From: a virus | Strand: one strand, 5' to 3' | Virus record (IMG/VR): IMGVR_UViG_3300035696_000005 | Span: 96,001-160,000 of that record | DNA length: 64,000 bases | Shown: positions 25,973 to 35,063 of the stretch, in pieces | Numbering within the stretch: position 1 is the stretch's first letter | Layout: each line of letters starts with the position of its first letter | The notes under the pieces: generated by a model | Told to the model about the DNA's origin: nothing | Databases searched by the model: none | Seen by the model: the letters and a program-made list of their open reading frames with translations, nothing else | Position numbers and translations under genes: made by a program

Positions 25973-26739
25973 ACATCCTCGGTTCTCCACCCTTCTGGAT
26001 CATAATACTGCTTTGCTGCCTTAACCGTATGGTAGCTTTCCGCGCTATCATCCGCCTCAATAACCACAGCACGTAAGTGTCCTCCATAAACACAACCTGC
26101 ATCCAAAGCCCTCGCATAGGGGAAGTAGTATTGCTCACCTACGTTGTGCACATTATGTCCGAAGTAGATCGTTTCAGGACCGTGCCAGGAGTTGTACCAT
26201 GGTGGACAATCATCCGAGTTATATGAGCCTTTTTTGTCGGGGCTATAAGTTCGGATCAGCCTGCAGGCAAAAGGATCTTGTTTGTAGACCGGAAATCGTG
26301 AGTCGATGCCCGCGTGCGCGACATACTTTGTATCCCGAAACCGAATGATCTGTGGCAGCTGATCGAGCCACTCAAAAAGCTCTTGTTTGTGTCTCGGCTG
26401 TTCGAGCTCCCACTTGAATTGGGTGAGTGTTGAGAGGAGCGACCCAACTTTAACGTTATTTCCTTTGAGAAAACGCTTGAGCTTATTTTCATGGTTTCCC
26501 TCGCAGCAGTAGATGTTCTCGATAAACCTGGCAAAGTTAACGAGCCTGGCAATACCAGGACCACGGTCAATGAGATCTCCCGTGAAGATCAGAATGTCGT
26601 TTGTCATCTTCCAATCCACGAGTTTTAGGAGTTGGTGGACTTCAGCGTCGCAACCGTGGGGATCTCCGATAATGATGACGCGCTTATCTTTACAGACCTC
26701 GCGGAGGTCTAGGATCTTTGCGTATTCCTTTGGTTTCAT
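25969..26739 (-). CDS. Metallophosphoesterase (PPP/PrpE-like)
   Basis: GDPHG, GDLIDRG, GNHE, HAG, GH, LDAG. Confidence 0.9.
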   Translation of the reverse strand: MKPKEYAKILDLREVCKDKRVIIIGDPHGCDAEVHQLLKLVDWKMTNDILIFTGDLIDRGPGIARLVNFARFIENIYCCEGNHENKLKRFLKGNNVKVGSLLSTLTQFKWELEQPRHKQELFEWLDQLPQIIRFRDTKYVAHAGIDSRFPVYKQDPFACRLIRTYSPDKKGSYNSDDCPPWYNSWHGPETIYFGHNVHNVGEQYYFPYARALDAGCVYGGHLRAVVIEADDSAESYHTVKAAKQYYDPEGWRTEDV

Positions 26740-27094
26740 AAGACTCCCCAATGAGTTTTTTTAGCTCATAAAGCTCGTTGGTAAACTGGCAAACGTCTGC
26801 TCCAACATCGCCTTCGTGTTCCATATACCAAATGATCTCCGGAATGACCCAAAGAGCCTCTTTGAGCTTATCTAGTTTTTCCCGGGCTTCGTGCCAAAGA
26901 TCGTGCTTAGCTTGCGCTTCTCTTGCAAAGCTTTCTTTGTCGCCCAGCGTAAGCCACATTGCTTCAGCCCGATGCTTGGCCATTTCAAGTTCTTCTTTGC
27001 TGAAGGTATTGGCTGCTTCGCGTAGCTCATCTGCTTCTCTTGGCGTAAGGACATTCACATACTTTGTACCACACTCGTCACATTCGAAAACCAT
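26690..27094 (-). CDS. Hypothetical with CxxC
   Basis: SD GAGG; CDEC. Confidence 0.6.
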   Translation of the reverse strand: MVFECDECGTKYVNVLTPREADELREAANTFSKEELEMAKHRAEAMWLTLGDKESFAREAQAKHDLWHEAREKLDKLKEALWVIPEIIWYMEHEGDVGADVCQFTNELYELKKLIGESYETKGIRKDPRPPRGL

Positions 27095-27145
27095 AGCATC
27101 CTCAAAATAAAAAAGGCGGGGCGCATAAGCACCCCGCCTGATTGG

Positions 27146-27964
27146 TTAATTCACCGCCGTGTAACTTGAGATCATGATATTCAGTCGATCAAGCCTATTG
27201 AGCCTGCTTGTCTCCTGAATCCTCCGACTGGAGTTGCCGATCACATAGGTGAAGGCGTTGTAAATGTCCCAAACCGTGGTAGCAGATTGGAAGCGTACCT
27301 TCTCCTTCTCGATATCCCTTGGGCTTGCAATACCATATTCTTTGGCTGCCATCTCTGTAAGCCTTTCGATCTCATGGGGTCTAAGGGTAAGATCCGCCCA
27401 TTGTTCCCAGATGCGACCCGTACGCTGGAACGCAGCAATGACCGCCTCAGGTGTAGGAAGGTTGATCTCAGGCTCTCCGTGCCCAACGTGTTTGATGTTG
27501 AGCCCGAAGATACTATCCATCGCCGTCGCACCATTCATGCAGCGAAGAACAAGACATCCCACTCGCAGGGTCAACGGAGTGGTTGTGTTGTAGGAATTGG
27601 TTCCCCAGGTACGAAGAGCAACGACGTCGCCCAGGCCCCGACCAACGCCCGGAATGTTATGGCCTGGCATATTGAACGTGATGCTTCGGAATGTATGCTG
27701 GACGATGACTCTGGCACCGTCTTTTTCCTGGAAGAACTGGGTGTCAGGATTTACTCCGCCCAGAGCGCGAGCAAACGGCTCGAAAGCATCGATCATGCGC
27801 TCGTGTTTAATCAGCTTGTAGCGATCACTCACGATAGCCAGATGTTTTCTTGTGTCAGTTCTAGTGACACTTTTGACTCGTGGAATTTCCCGGTCAAACT
27901 CGTCGAACACAGGACGAAGGGCGACCGGGAAGTTATAAACGGAAGGGTTTGTAGTAGGAAGCAT
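27146..27964 (-). CDS. DUF932-family protein
   Basis: LAIVSDRYKLI..., NSYN...LRVGCLVLRCMNG, TVWDIYNAFT. Confidence 0.85.
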   Translation of the reverse strand: MLPTTNPSVYNFPVALRPVFDEFDREIPRVKSVTRTDTRKHLAIVSDRYKLIKHERMIDAFEPFARALGGVNPDTQFFQEKDGARVIVQHTFRSITFNMPGHNIPGVGRGLGDVVALRTWGTNSYNTTTPLTLRVGCLVLRCMNGATAMDSIFGLNIKHVGHGEPEINLPTPEAVIAAFQRTGRIWEQWADLTLRPHEIERLTEMAAKEYGIASPRDIEKEKVRFQSATTVWDIYNAFTYVIGNSSRRIQETSRLNRLDRLNIMISSYTAVN

Positions 27965-28008
27965 AGTGATTCTCCTTGATACAATACTTATAACAGAGAA
28001 ATAAGGCG

Positions 28009-28191
28009 CTATTCCTGGATTTTGGCTTCTTTCTTCGCTACAGCCGCAAGAAGTTGATTGAGCTGATTGATCTCGTTAAGCACAGCATGATAGCCAGGAT
28101 TGTGTTCTTGGCTTATGCCACGGTATTCAAAATCTTGTAGCTCATTGTGAAGTCTAATCAATTCCCGGTCGATTGCTTCAATGATGGTCAT
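28009..28191 (-). CDS. Hypothetical protein
   Basis: SD AAGGAG; tiling. Confidence 0.55.
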   Translation of the reverse strand: MTIIEAIDRELIRLHNELQDFEYRGISQEHNPGYHAVLNEINQLNQLLAAVAKKEAKIQE

Positions 28192-28487
28192 TGTTTCTCC
28201 TTATCTAGTTCGCTGAGCGCTTCCCTCAAATCAGACAGAGCCTCTGAGTACGAGGTGAACGGTGCCTGCTTGATCACCCCTGACTCCATCGCTTTTCGAG
28301 CCAGATTAACAACTCTTTGGAGGGAATCACGCTCTTTTACGAGCTGACATAAACCATGCTTCTCCCAAATGGCGTGCTCCATTTCCATCTCTTCCACGCG
28401 AGCCTGGAGTCGCCTAAAGCAGTTCTTCGACGGGTAGTGAAGTGGAAGTCCCCCGCATCTGCAATCTAAAGTATCTTCGTTACTCAT
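28188..28487 (-). CDS. Hypothetical coiled-coil protein
   Basis: LQARVEE...LQRVV...EAL motifs shared with 28768-29103. Confidence 0.6.
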   Translation of the reverse strand: MSNEDTLDCRCGGLPLHYPSKNCFRRLQARVEEMEMEHAIWEKHGLCQLVKERDSLQRVVNLARKAMESGVIKQAPFTSYSEALSDLREALSELDKEKQ

Positions 28488-28849
28488 TTACTAGACTCCT
28501 TTAGTGCACGAATTTCTTTCTCAATGGCTTTTTGGGCATTTTCCCAGCCTTCCATGGAGTGATCTCCGAAATAAGGGTCTTTTTCATCTTCTGGCCAGAC
28601 TCCAGCGCACAGACTGGCTGCTTCCTCTAGTGCCTCGTTGCGAATTTCGCGGAGTACCCCAAGCAGATATGGACTGAAGTCAGCCGGGAGACACAAAACT
28701 CCGTCCTTGTCTGCGTAGACATTGCATAGAAACATCATCGTCACTTTGTCTGCACGTTCTTTCAGTTTCACTTGCTCTCCTTGTTCAGCTCTTGAAGAGC
28801 TTCTGTGAATTCTGGAAATTTCTTGTGGTACTGAAATCCCTTCATCCAT
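28484..28849 (-). CDS. Hypothetical protein (true start probably near 28771)
   Basis: RNEALEEAA phage motif. Confidence 0.55.
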   Translation of the reverse strand: MDEGISVPQEISRIHRSSSRAEQGEQVKLKERADKVTMMFLCNVYADKDGVLCLPADFSPYLLGVLREIRNEALEEAASLCAGVWPEDEKDPYFGDHSMEGWENAQKAIEKEIRALKESSK

Positions 28850-29103
28850 TCAAACACGCCTCGTGCAGCATCCACCACACGCTGAAGCTTGGCGTTTTTC
28901 TTGGCAAGCTTTCGATTTGTTTCCTTTAGTTCAACTGGGAAATCTCGATTAGCCAGTGTCTTCCAATTCTGTCTATCTCGGGCAAGTTCTTCACATTCCT
29001 TTTCGAGTTCCTCCACGCGGGCTTGAAGTGAACGAATCATTTCAGATCGTTCATCTCCTGAAGTCTCTGGAAACGCCCCACCCCACGGACTGTCCCAACC
29101 CAT
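28768..29103 (-). CDS. Hypothetical coiled-coil protein
   Basis: Motifs shared with 28188-28487. Confidence 0.6.
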   Translation of the reverse strand: MGWDSPWGGAFPETSGDERSEMIRSLQARVEELEKECEELARDRQNWKTLANRDFPVELKETNRKLAKKNAKLQRVVDAARGVFEWMKGFQYHKKFPEFTEALQELNKESK

Positions 29104-29106
29104 AAG

Positions 29107-29460
29107 CTATTCCTCCATATTAAAGTTCTGTCCGCAATCCTCGCATAAGAATTGTTTCTTAAGTTTCCTCCCTTTGGAGAAATAATCGATCCGTTTCTGG
29201 ATGTGTTCTTGCGGGTCTGCCTGGTCCAGGATGTTCTGACTTTTACATTCAGGACAACGCTCCTCTGGACCATTCAGTACTAGCGTCCTATCTTTTGAGG
29301 CTCGCGAGTTGGAATTGATTAGGTCCGCAATGTAACCAGCATCTTGTTCTCCTCCGCCGTCGTTGTACCAGGCAAGCCAGCAGTCTAGGTCGGAGTCTGA
29401 TTCAAATACAAGAAGCAGACTTCGTTCGTTAATGGGTTGTAGGTTCTTCTTTTTTGACAT
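29107..29460 (-). CDS. Zn-ribbon hypothetical
   Basis: CPEC...CEDC. Confidence 0.6.
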   Translation of the reverse strand: MSKKKNLQPINERSLLLVFESDSDLDCWLAWYNDGGGEQDAGYIADLINSNSRASKDRTLVLNGPEERCPECKSQNILDQADPQEHIQKRIDYFSKGRKLKKQFLCEDCGQNFNMEE

Positions 29461-29719
29461 CGGTCACCTCTGGTCCAAAGGGCATAACTTCTCCGAACTT
29501 CTTAAGCCACTTCATATCAGTGGGGCATTCAAGAACAAGTCTCAGATCGTTACATTCAGGATTATAGGCAAGTCCAATGATTGGGAAGTCGAGAAGGACA
29601 TCATAGGCTTCGCTATTTTCATCCTTCAGATCGACTGCGATAAGGCGGGAAAGCTCGACGTGTGCGTTATCCGGGTAGTCAGAGCTTGAGAGGGCTTCGA
29701 TAAATTCTTTTTTAGTCAT
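29429..29719 (-). CDS. Hypothetical protein
   Basis: SD AAGGAG. Confidence 0.6.
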   Translation of the reverse strand: MTKKEFIEALSSSDYPDNAHVELSRLIAVDLKDENSEAYDVLLDFPIIGLAYNPECNDLRLVLECPTDMKWLKKFGEVMPFGPEVTDVKKEEPTTH

Positions 29720-29734
29720 AGTGTTTCTCCTTTA

Positions 29735-29805
29735 TGGTACCCCCGTACAGATTCGAACTGTACAGCACGAGCTTAGAAGGCTCAGTTGGTATCCAAACCG
29801 GGGGC
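29735..29805 (-). tRNA. tRNA-Arg(UCU), compact D arm
   Basis: GAGC-CTTCTAA-GCTC, TTCGAAT T loop, CCA; D arm TTGG-ATA-CCAA. Confidence 0.8.
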
Positions 29806-30075
29806 ACTGATAGTTCCTTTATAGCTATCGATTTCAACACCGTTACCTTTGCGGTAGGCGTACATTTTCACGTCCCGCACTGGGAAGATTACGATCTTCT
29901 TTCGTTCAAGTACATCGTGTACAACTTCTTGGATCATAACCGTGAAGTTTGGGTCTTCTACTGATTTAATGCCGTAGTCTTGGTATTCAACCACAAGACC
30001 GGATAGGCGCTTATGTCGCCTATTGAAGATGTAGTTGAAGAGGTCTTTGAGCTCATCGAAGAGTCTTTTTATCAT
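29782..30075 (-). CDS. Hypothetical protein
   Basis: MIKRLFDELKD...; the annotated 3' end overlaps the tRNA. Confidence 0.5.
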   Translation of the reverse strand: MIKRLFDELKDLFNYIFNRRHKRLSGLVVEYQDYGIKSVEDPNFTVMIQEVVHDVLERKKIVIFPVRDVKMYAYRKGNGVEIDSYKGTISAPGLDTN

Positions 30076-30241
30076 CTGACTTTCCTTTCTCCCACGGCAC
30101 ACCCCTGATCAATATGATAATGCACTGACCAACAGCATAGCAGAACACGAATGCAGGAATACTTGCCTCCGGCACGATAAATTTCATGAGAGCGCCCCAG
30201 AGCGACATCCAGGCAATGTGAAAGACGAAGTAGGTTAACAT
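30053..30241 (-). CDS. Small membrane protein
   Basis: Two hydrophobic segments. Confidence 0.55.
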   Translation of the reverse strand: MLTYFVFHIAWMSLWGALMKFIVPEASIPAFVFCYAVGQCIIILIRGVPWEKGKSDDKKTLR

Positions 30242-30573
30242 TATGTGTCTCCTTTTAGAACGGTCCTGGCTTCTATTGCAACACGCCTACAAGGCCCACA
30301 GCAATTGTTTCCGTCTGTCTTTTGCAGAATCGACTTTAGGACAGTTTCGAGCTGCTCGATCCTATCTTCGTAACGATGTCTTGTCATACTCTTTCCGCGC
30401 TTGAATGCTTCCATATCAACTCTGATCAGAGCCGCTTCAGCAAAGTCAGCTATGTCACTAGGGTGATTATGTATCCAGTCTTCGCGGATTTTTTCTGCCA
30501 CCTTTCTAAGATCCATCTGAGTTCTCTTCGGTAAGTCCATCAACCCACTTTCCGCTTTCATCTCTGGTCTCAA
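30241..30573 (-). CDS. Hypothetical protein
   Basis: Tiling; CC..C near C-terminus; start uncertain. Confidence 0.5.
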   Translation of the reverse strand: MRPEMKAESGLMDLPKRTQMDLRKVAEKIREDWIHNHPSDIADFAEAALIRVDMEAFKRGKSMTRHRYEDRIEQLETVLKSILQKTDGNNCCGPCRRVAIEARTVLKGDT

Positions 30574-30880
30574 CCTTAACCGCCTTCATTTCCTGATCGA
30601 CTTTCTCGTCGATCTTGGCAAGAACTCCAGTGACTCGGGCTGTCTCAGTCTTAAGCCAGGCTTGAAATGTTTTACTTTGAATGCAGCGTTCAAAGGCTCG
30701 TTTCTTGTTCACATGTTGGTCTCGCTCGTCACGAGCTTCGCCAACAGCACCTGAGGCTTCGTGAACTACACGAACACCTGAGTTGACCTTGTTTTGATTC
30801 TGCCCTCCCTTGCCGCCGGAGCGAAAAGTATCGACTCTAAAGTCTTTTTTGGTGACGCTGAAGAGGATTTCTTTAGCCAT
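30506..30880 (-). CDS. Class I release-factor homologue (GGQ domain; ArfB/PrfH-like)
   Basis: FRSGGKGGQNQNKVNSGVR.VH...ERDQHVNK; only 124 aa, no codon-reading domain. Confidence 0.88.
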   Translation of the reverse strand: MAKEILFSVTKKDFRVDTFRSGGKGGQNQNKVNSGVRVVHEASGAVGEARDERDQHVNKKRAFERCIQSKTFQAWLKTETARVTGVLAKIDEKVDQEMKAVKVETRDESGKWVDGLTEENSDGS

Positions 30881-30890
30881 ACATCTCCTT

Positions 30891-30965
30891 TGGTCTCCCC
30901 ACTCCGAATCTCACGGAGATTTCAAATTTAGGAAATTTGCGTCCTGTATATTGAACGATGGGGAG
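30891..30965 (-). tRNA. tRNA-Arg(CCU), atypical loops
   Basis: CAAAT-TTCCTAA-ATTTG; CTCCCCA/TGGGGAG; CCA. Confidence 0.75.
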
Positions 30966-30968
30966 GTC

Positions 30969-31169
30969 TTAATCTTCTAGCCAATGACTGAAAGGTCCGA
31001 TCTCTTCGAGTTCTCGTTCGCGTTCGATATCTTCCTTCATTGATGAGCTAATAGCCATAGAGCCCATGTCTTCAAGTTCTCGTTCGCGTTCGATATCTTC
31101 TTTCATGGATGGGCTAATTCCCATTGCTCCGAAACCATCATCCTTTTTCTTCTTTCCCGAAGACCTCAT
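30969..31169 (-). CDS. Small acidic protein with 22-aa tandem repeat
   Basis: SMKEDIERERELE occurs twice; 66-nt period. Confidence 0.6.
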   Translation of the reverse strand: MRSSGKKKKDDGFGAMGISPSMKEDIERERELEDMGSMAISSSMKEDIERERELEEIGPFSHWLED

Positions 31170-31350
31170 ATTCTGTTCTCCCTTCTAGTAACTGTTCCAT
31201 GTCGAACTCGTTTGGAAAGTGTTTGAGACGGTAATAGGCTTCTTTCCTGATCCATTTTGGAACACCGGGAGTTTTCTTTGGGTCAAGTAATGCCCGCAGA
31301 AACTCTCTCGTATTCCTGATTGCTCTTGTTCTTTCGTAAGGTAGCGTCAT
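31138..31350 (-). CDS. Conserved hypothetical (MTLPYERTRA...LKHFP)
   Basis: ATGA overlap; recognisable small phage family. Confidence 0.65.
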   Translation of the reverse strand: MTLPYERTRAIRNTREFLRALLDPKKTPGVPKWIRKEAYYRLKHFPNEFDMEQLLEGRTEYEVFGKEEKG

Positions 31351-32021
31351 AGATCAAACACAATGGGTTCGTTTTCCGGGTCGTAGCTATATGTGCAGGT
31401 ACTGGCGTTCACATAGAGCGTATCTCCCACCTTCACTTCGCCGTAAGCTTCGTGAATGTGTCCAAAGATATGAGCTTTGGGCTTAATTCGCTCCACAGCT
31501 TTTGCCAAATCCCAGCACCCCACATGTCCCGGAACCAATCCGACAGGATCATACTTGGTCCGTGTCTTCCTGAAAATATCATCCTGGATCAGATAGGGCG
31601 GTCCATGAGTGATGAGCACATCCGTATCCGTCGGGATCTTATCCCACATGATCTTGAGCGCGTTTCCCCTGGGAAGGTTAAACGCCCAGTCATAGAATTC
31701 TGGTTGCCAGGGTGAGCCATAGAACTTGAGTCCTTGAACGGTGACTGAGCTATCTTGCAGGTAGTGTCCTGCAACCTTCACCATGTCTCTGGCGAGCGTG
31801 GGGTTTTCCTCAAAGAGGAAATCGTGATTGCCACAAATCCAAACGACATCCTTGTATTTTCCTTTGTTGAGAAGGGTATCAACCCAGTCAACAAAGCGTT
31901 GAACTTCATCGATGTCTCCTCGCATACTGATATCACCCGAATGGACGAGGATATCTCCATCAGGTAGTTTTAATTTTTTGTGTAGTCCGTGAGTGTCGGA
32001 AATAGCAACGATTCGGGGCAT
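31347..32021 (-). CDS. Metallophosphoesterase (MPPED/239FB-like)
   Basis: ISDTH, HSGD, GNHD, THGPP, GHIHE. Confidence 0.9.
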   Translation of the reverse strand: MPRIVAISDTHGLHKKLKLPDGDILVHSGDISMRGDIDEVQRFVDWVDTLLNKGKYKDVVWICGNHDFLFEENPTLARDMVKVAGHYLQDSSVTVQGLKFYGSPWQPEFYDWAFNLPRGNALKIMWDKIPTDTDVLITHGPPYLIQDDIFRKTRTKYDPVGLVPGHVGCWDLAKAVERIKPKAHIFGHIHEAYGEVKVGDTLYVNASTCTYSYDPENEPIVFDL

Positions 32022-32242
32022 AATGATTCTCCTAGTAATAATCCTATACCCGATTTGATTAGAAGTGGTAGCCCTGCTTGGAATCGCACCAAGTTCTTCG
32101 GTTTCGTAGACCGATATCCTATCTATTGAACGACAGGGCCACATGAGGTAAAGTGGAAGGCGTGTGGTAACAACATCTATCTCCGAATTCAGTACTAGCA
32201 ACTGAAACTGACGCCACACGTGCGTCTAAAAGGAGATAGGAT

Positions 32243-32470
32243 ATGAAGCGTTATACGATTGTCGAGCTTTGCTCTGTTGACCACCCCAATGCCGAGAAGA
32301 TCAAGAAGTACAATAAGGACCTGGGCTTCCATGTCTATAAATACCGTGGTGCCTATATGCTCATCATCGGTGATGAGTATGTGTGGAGAGCTGACGATGT
32401 CGACTACTGTTACATTGAGGGCGGAATGTACGTCTTTAATGAAAAGGGCGAACCTGTAAAGGTCGCTTAA
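32243..32470 (+). CDS. Hypothetical protein
   Basis: SD AAGGAG; opposite strand to neighbours. Confidence 0.6.
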   Translation: MKRYTIVELCSVDHPNAEKIKKYNKDLGFHVYKYRGAYMLIIGDEYVWRADDVDYCYIEGGMYVFNEKGEPVKVA

Positions 32471-32472
32471 AT

Positions 32473-32546
32473 TGGAGCCCCAACCGGGAGTTGAACCCGG
32501 GCGTCCTGACTGGCAGTCAGGCATGCTACCGTAACATCTCTGAGGC
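32473..32546 (-). tRNA. tRNA-Gly(GCC)
   Basis: CCTGA-CTGCCAG-TCAGG; CCA. Confidence 0.9.
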
Positions 32547-32610
32547 ATTGAACTTGTATTAGGAAAATTCCCCTATTGAAACGCTGTTCACCCAGTGTTT
32601 CAATAGGGGT

Positions 32611-33378
32611 ATGAAAAACAAACTTTTTGGTCGTCGTCCTCGTGGCTTTAACCATAAGATCCCGCACATGAGCGCCATGCTGCTGGGCTCCGACAACTCT
32701 GTCTTTGTGCCGCCCAGCATCAACTATGCTCCGGACACTGTTTCGAATTTTGGAATGATGTTGAATGATCAGCTCGGGGATTGCACTTGCGCTGCTGTCT
32801 ACCACTCCATTCAAATTTGGTCCTTAAACGCACAAGGATCGATGCTGACAGAGCCGGACAATGATGTCCTCTCTTTGTATGAGCAGGCTTGCGGGTACAG
32901 CCCAGCCGATCCTAGCACGGATCAGGGCGGGGTCGAGCAGAGCGTTCTCTCATATCTCCTCAACAACGGTGCTCCGATGAGTAGCGGAGCACCCCACAAG
33001 ATCTCTGCTTTCTATGAAGTCGATCCTCGTAACACCAAGGACGTTAAGCAAACAATCTACGAATGTGGCGTTGCTTACATCGGTATCGATGTTCCAGCCA
33101 ATATCATGCCGGATGACGGCATGCCTCCGCAGCTCTGGCAGGTCGTGCCTAACCAGGAGATTATTGGTGGGCACGCGATTGCTCTGACTGGCTATAACGC
33201 CACCGGTCCTTTTCTGATCAGCTGGGGTCAAAAATTTCAAATGACCTGGGATTTCTTTAACCAGTATACCGACGAGGTCTACGGCATCGTAGACTCTGAG
33301 TGGATCGCCAAGACTGGCAAGACTCCTTGTGGAATGACACTTGTTCAGCTTGAACAAATGATGCAGTCCATGAAGTAA
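32611..33378 (+). CDS. Papain-like cysteine peptidase
   Basis: NDQLGDCTCAA (Cys), GGHAI (His), SWG. Confidence 0.8.
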   Translation: MKNKLFGRRPRGFNHKIPHMSAMLLGSDNSVFVPPSINYAPDTVSNFGMMLNDQLGDCTCAAVYHSIQIWSLNAQGSMLTEPDNDVLSLYEQACGYSPADPSTDQGGVEQSVLSYLLNNGAPMSSGAPHKISAFYEVDPRNTKDVKQTIYECGVAYIGIDVPANIMPDDGMPPQLWQVVPNQEIIGGHAIALTGYNATGPFLISWGQKFQMTWDFFNQYTDEVYGIVDSEWIAKTGKTPCGMTLVQLEQMMQSMK

Positions 33379-33479
33379 GCCGCTGTTTATCATTCACGGA
33401 AGTGTCGGCAGTTTAACGTAACTATGTGCTTTTTCACGATTTAGTGATCTCCTTATCAGTCACGTTATCATTCAAAAAT

Positions 33480-33554
33480 TGGAGCCCCGAGCGAGAGTCG
33501 AACTCGCTTCACCAGATTGGAAGTCTGGCACATCACCACCAATGTTTTCGAGGC
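33480..33554 (-). tRNA. tRNA-Gly(UCC)
   Basis: CCAGA-CTTCCAA-TCTGG. Confidence 0.9.
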
Positions 33555-33555
33555 A

Positions 33556-33630
33556 TGGAGCCGCTACCGGTGTTCGCACCCGGATCGCTACATTACCAAT
33601 GTAGAGCTCTGCTACTTAAGCTATAGCGGC
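33556..33630 (-). tRNA. tRNA-Thr(GGU)
   Basis: CTACA-TTGGTAA-TGTAG. Confidence 0.9.
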
Positions 33631-33637
33631 ATTAAAA

Positions 33638-33711
33638 TGGTACCCCAGCAAGGAATTGCACCCTGTCGAGCTGTTTCGAAGACAGCCATGCGTCTACTAC
33701 ATCACTGGGGC
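33638..33711 (-). tRNA. tRNA-Arg(UCG)
   Basis: GCTGT-CTTCGAA-ACAGC. Confidence 0.85.
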
Positions 33712-33781
33712 TCAGGATATTGGTGCGCGGCCACGCACCTCACTGATAGTTAAAAAAGCCGAGCCCGAAGGCTCGGCGAAA

Positions 33782-34027
33782 CTAAAGCAAATGAAGTTCG
33801 TACTTGCTGTTCTGTGTTTGGAACAGGTACTTACTTTCTTCTTTGAGAAACGAGCACTCCTTGATTTCGGTTGTGAGAACAATCCTGAGATTACCCTCTT
33901 CAAGTGGTGGAGCAGTCATTAGAAAAGTCTTCCCAACTTCAGGAAGCTCCATACATTTCCCGACAATCTCGTTTGTCCTTAGGTTGTTGTGATTAGACTG
34001 AATCTTCACTAACCGTACTTCGTACAT
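33782..34027 (-). CDS. Hypothetical protein
   Basis: SD AGGAG; followed by terminator at 33751-33778. Confidence 0.65.
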   Translation of the reverse strand: MYEVRLVKIQSNHNNLRTNEIVGKCMELPEVGKTFLMTAPPLEEGNLRIVLTTEIKECSFLKEESKYLFQTQNSKYELHLL

Positions 34028-34034
34028 AAATCTC

Positions 34035-34775
34035 CTAGTCGATATTTTCCTGCTGGTAGATTTCCATCTCTGGGAATCTTAGAGCAGTGAGTTTTCCGTA
34101 GTAAGGTCTCAACGGATCACCGAGAATCGTTATGCCCTTATAAGCACATCCCGTATCAATGTTGGCATACCAGTCTTGGATATCAGGACCACTTTGCTGT
34201 GGCGTGTGTCCGTGGACGTTATACCAATTTTTGACGTTCTTCCTCGGTGGCTTGTAGCGGTTCCAGATGAAGGTCTGTCCGTCCCAGCCAAATTTTTTAA
34301 CCTGATTCTCAAGATGACCCTGACCGACAGGGGCGTGAGTGATCAAAAGATGCCTTCCATTCTTGTGCTTGAGTTCCTCGTACTCAAGATAAAGCGGAAG
34401 TGCCTTGATGTACTCTTGGTGCTTTTTCAGAACCTCGATACCTTCACAGGTGTGTGCTCTGTTGATTACTGTTTCTCCTGGATGCGGATAGAGTAGTCCA
34501 TCTGGACAGCTACAGTAGCTTGCGTAAGCCTTAAGTCCTCCGTTGTAGAGCCACAAGCCTTCTTGCTTATCATCCGACATGAAATCATCGTGGTTTCCTT
34601 TGATACATGTGATCTTGTTATCGATGATGTATTGGATGAGCTCGCGGGTTCTTGGTCCACGATCAGGGAGATCTCCTGCAACCACAAAAGGCTCGCCTGG
34701 AAATTTGGCCGTCATGTCTTCATGAAGCTTCTTGAACGTTAGAAAACATCCGTGCGGATCTGTCGTGATAATCAT
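34035..34775 (-). CDS. Metallophosphoesterase (PPP/PphA-like)
   Basis: TDPHG, GDLPDRG, GNHD, HGHTP, IDTG. Confidence 0.9.
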   Translation of the reverse strand: MIITTDPHGCFLTFKKLHEDMTAKFPGEPFVVAGDLPDRGPRTRELIQYIIDNKITCIKGNHDDFMSDDKQEGLWLYNGGLKAYASYCSCPDGLLYPHPGETVINRAHTCEGIEVLKKHQEYIKALPLYLEYEELKHKNGRHLLITHAPVGQGHLENQVKKFGWDGQTFIWNRYKPPRKNVKNWYNVHGHTPQQSGPDIQDWYANIDTGCAYKGITILGDPLRPYYGKLTALRFPEMEIYQQENID

Positions 34776-34813
34776 ATAGATCTCCTTGGAAGTCTCATAC
34801 CAGCATTTTAAAG

Positions 34814-34890
34814 TGGTAGGGATGGTGAGAATCGAACTCACTTGATGTCTTGCTCCCAAAGCAAGCGGCTAGCCTTTGGCCCACATCCCT
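34814..34890 (-). tRNA. tRNA-Pro(UGG)
   Basis: CTTGC-TTTGGGA-GCAAG. Confidence 0.92.
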
Positions 34891-34989
34891 ACATTAAAAT
34901 TGCATTCCGATGCCCGGTCACCCTAACTCACAACTTCGCATGTGACGCATATTCCAGCAACCGGCCTCTTTGACCTGGCTGATGAAAAT

Positions 34990-35056
34990 TGGAGCGGGCT
35001 GTTGGCTTCTAACCGAAAGAGCTTATGCTGCAGCAACTTCTCTTTCCAGACCCCGC
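34990..35056 (-). ncRNA. CCA-ended tRNA-like element lacking a D arm
   Basis: GCGGG/CCCGC-T-CCA ends; AAAGAG/CTCTTT central stem. Confidence 0.3.
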
Positions 35057-35063
35057 ATAGTAA

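Noticed and set aside
34891-34989. HDV-like (theta) ribozyme next to tRNAs
   Set aside because: A CCGGTT/GACCGG stem is present, but I could not build the P1-P1.1-P3-P4 nested pseudoknot here or after the suppressor tRNA.
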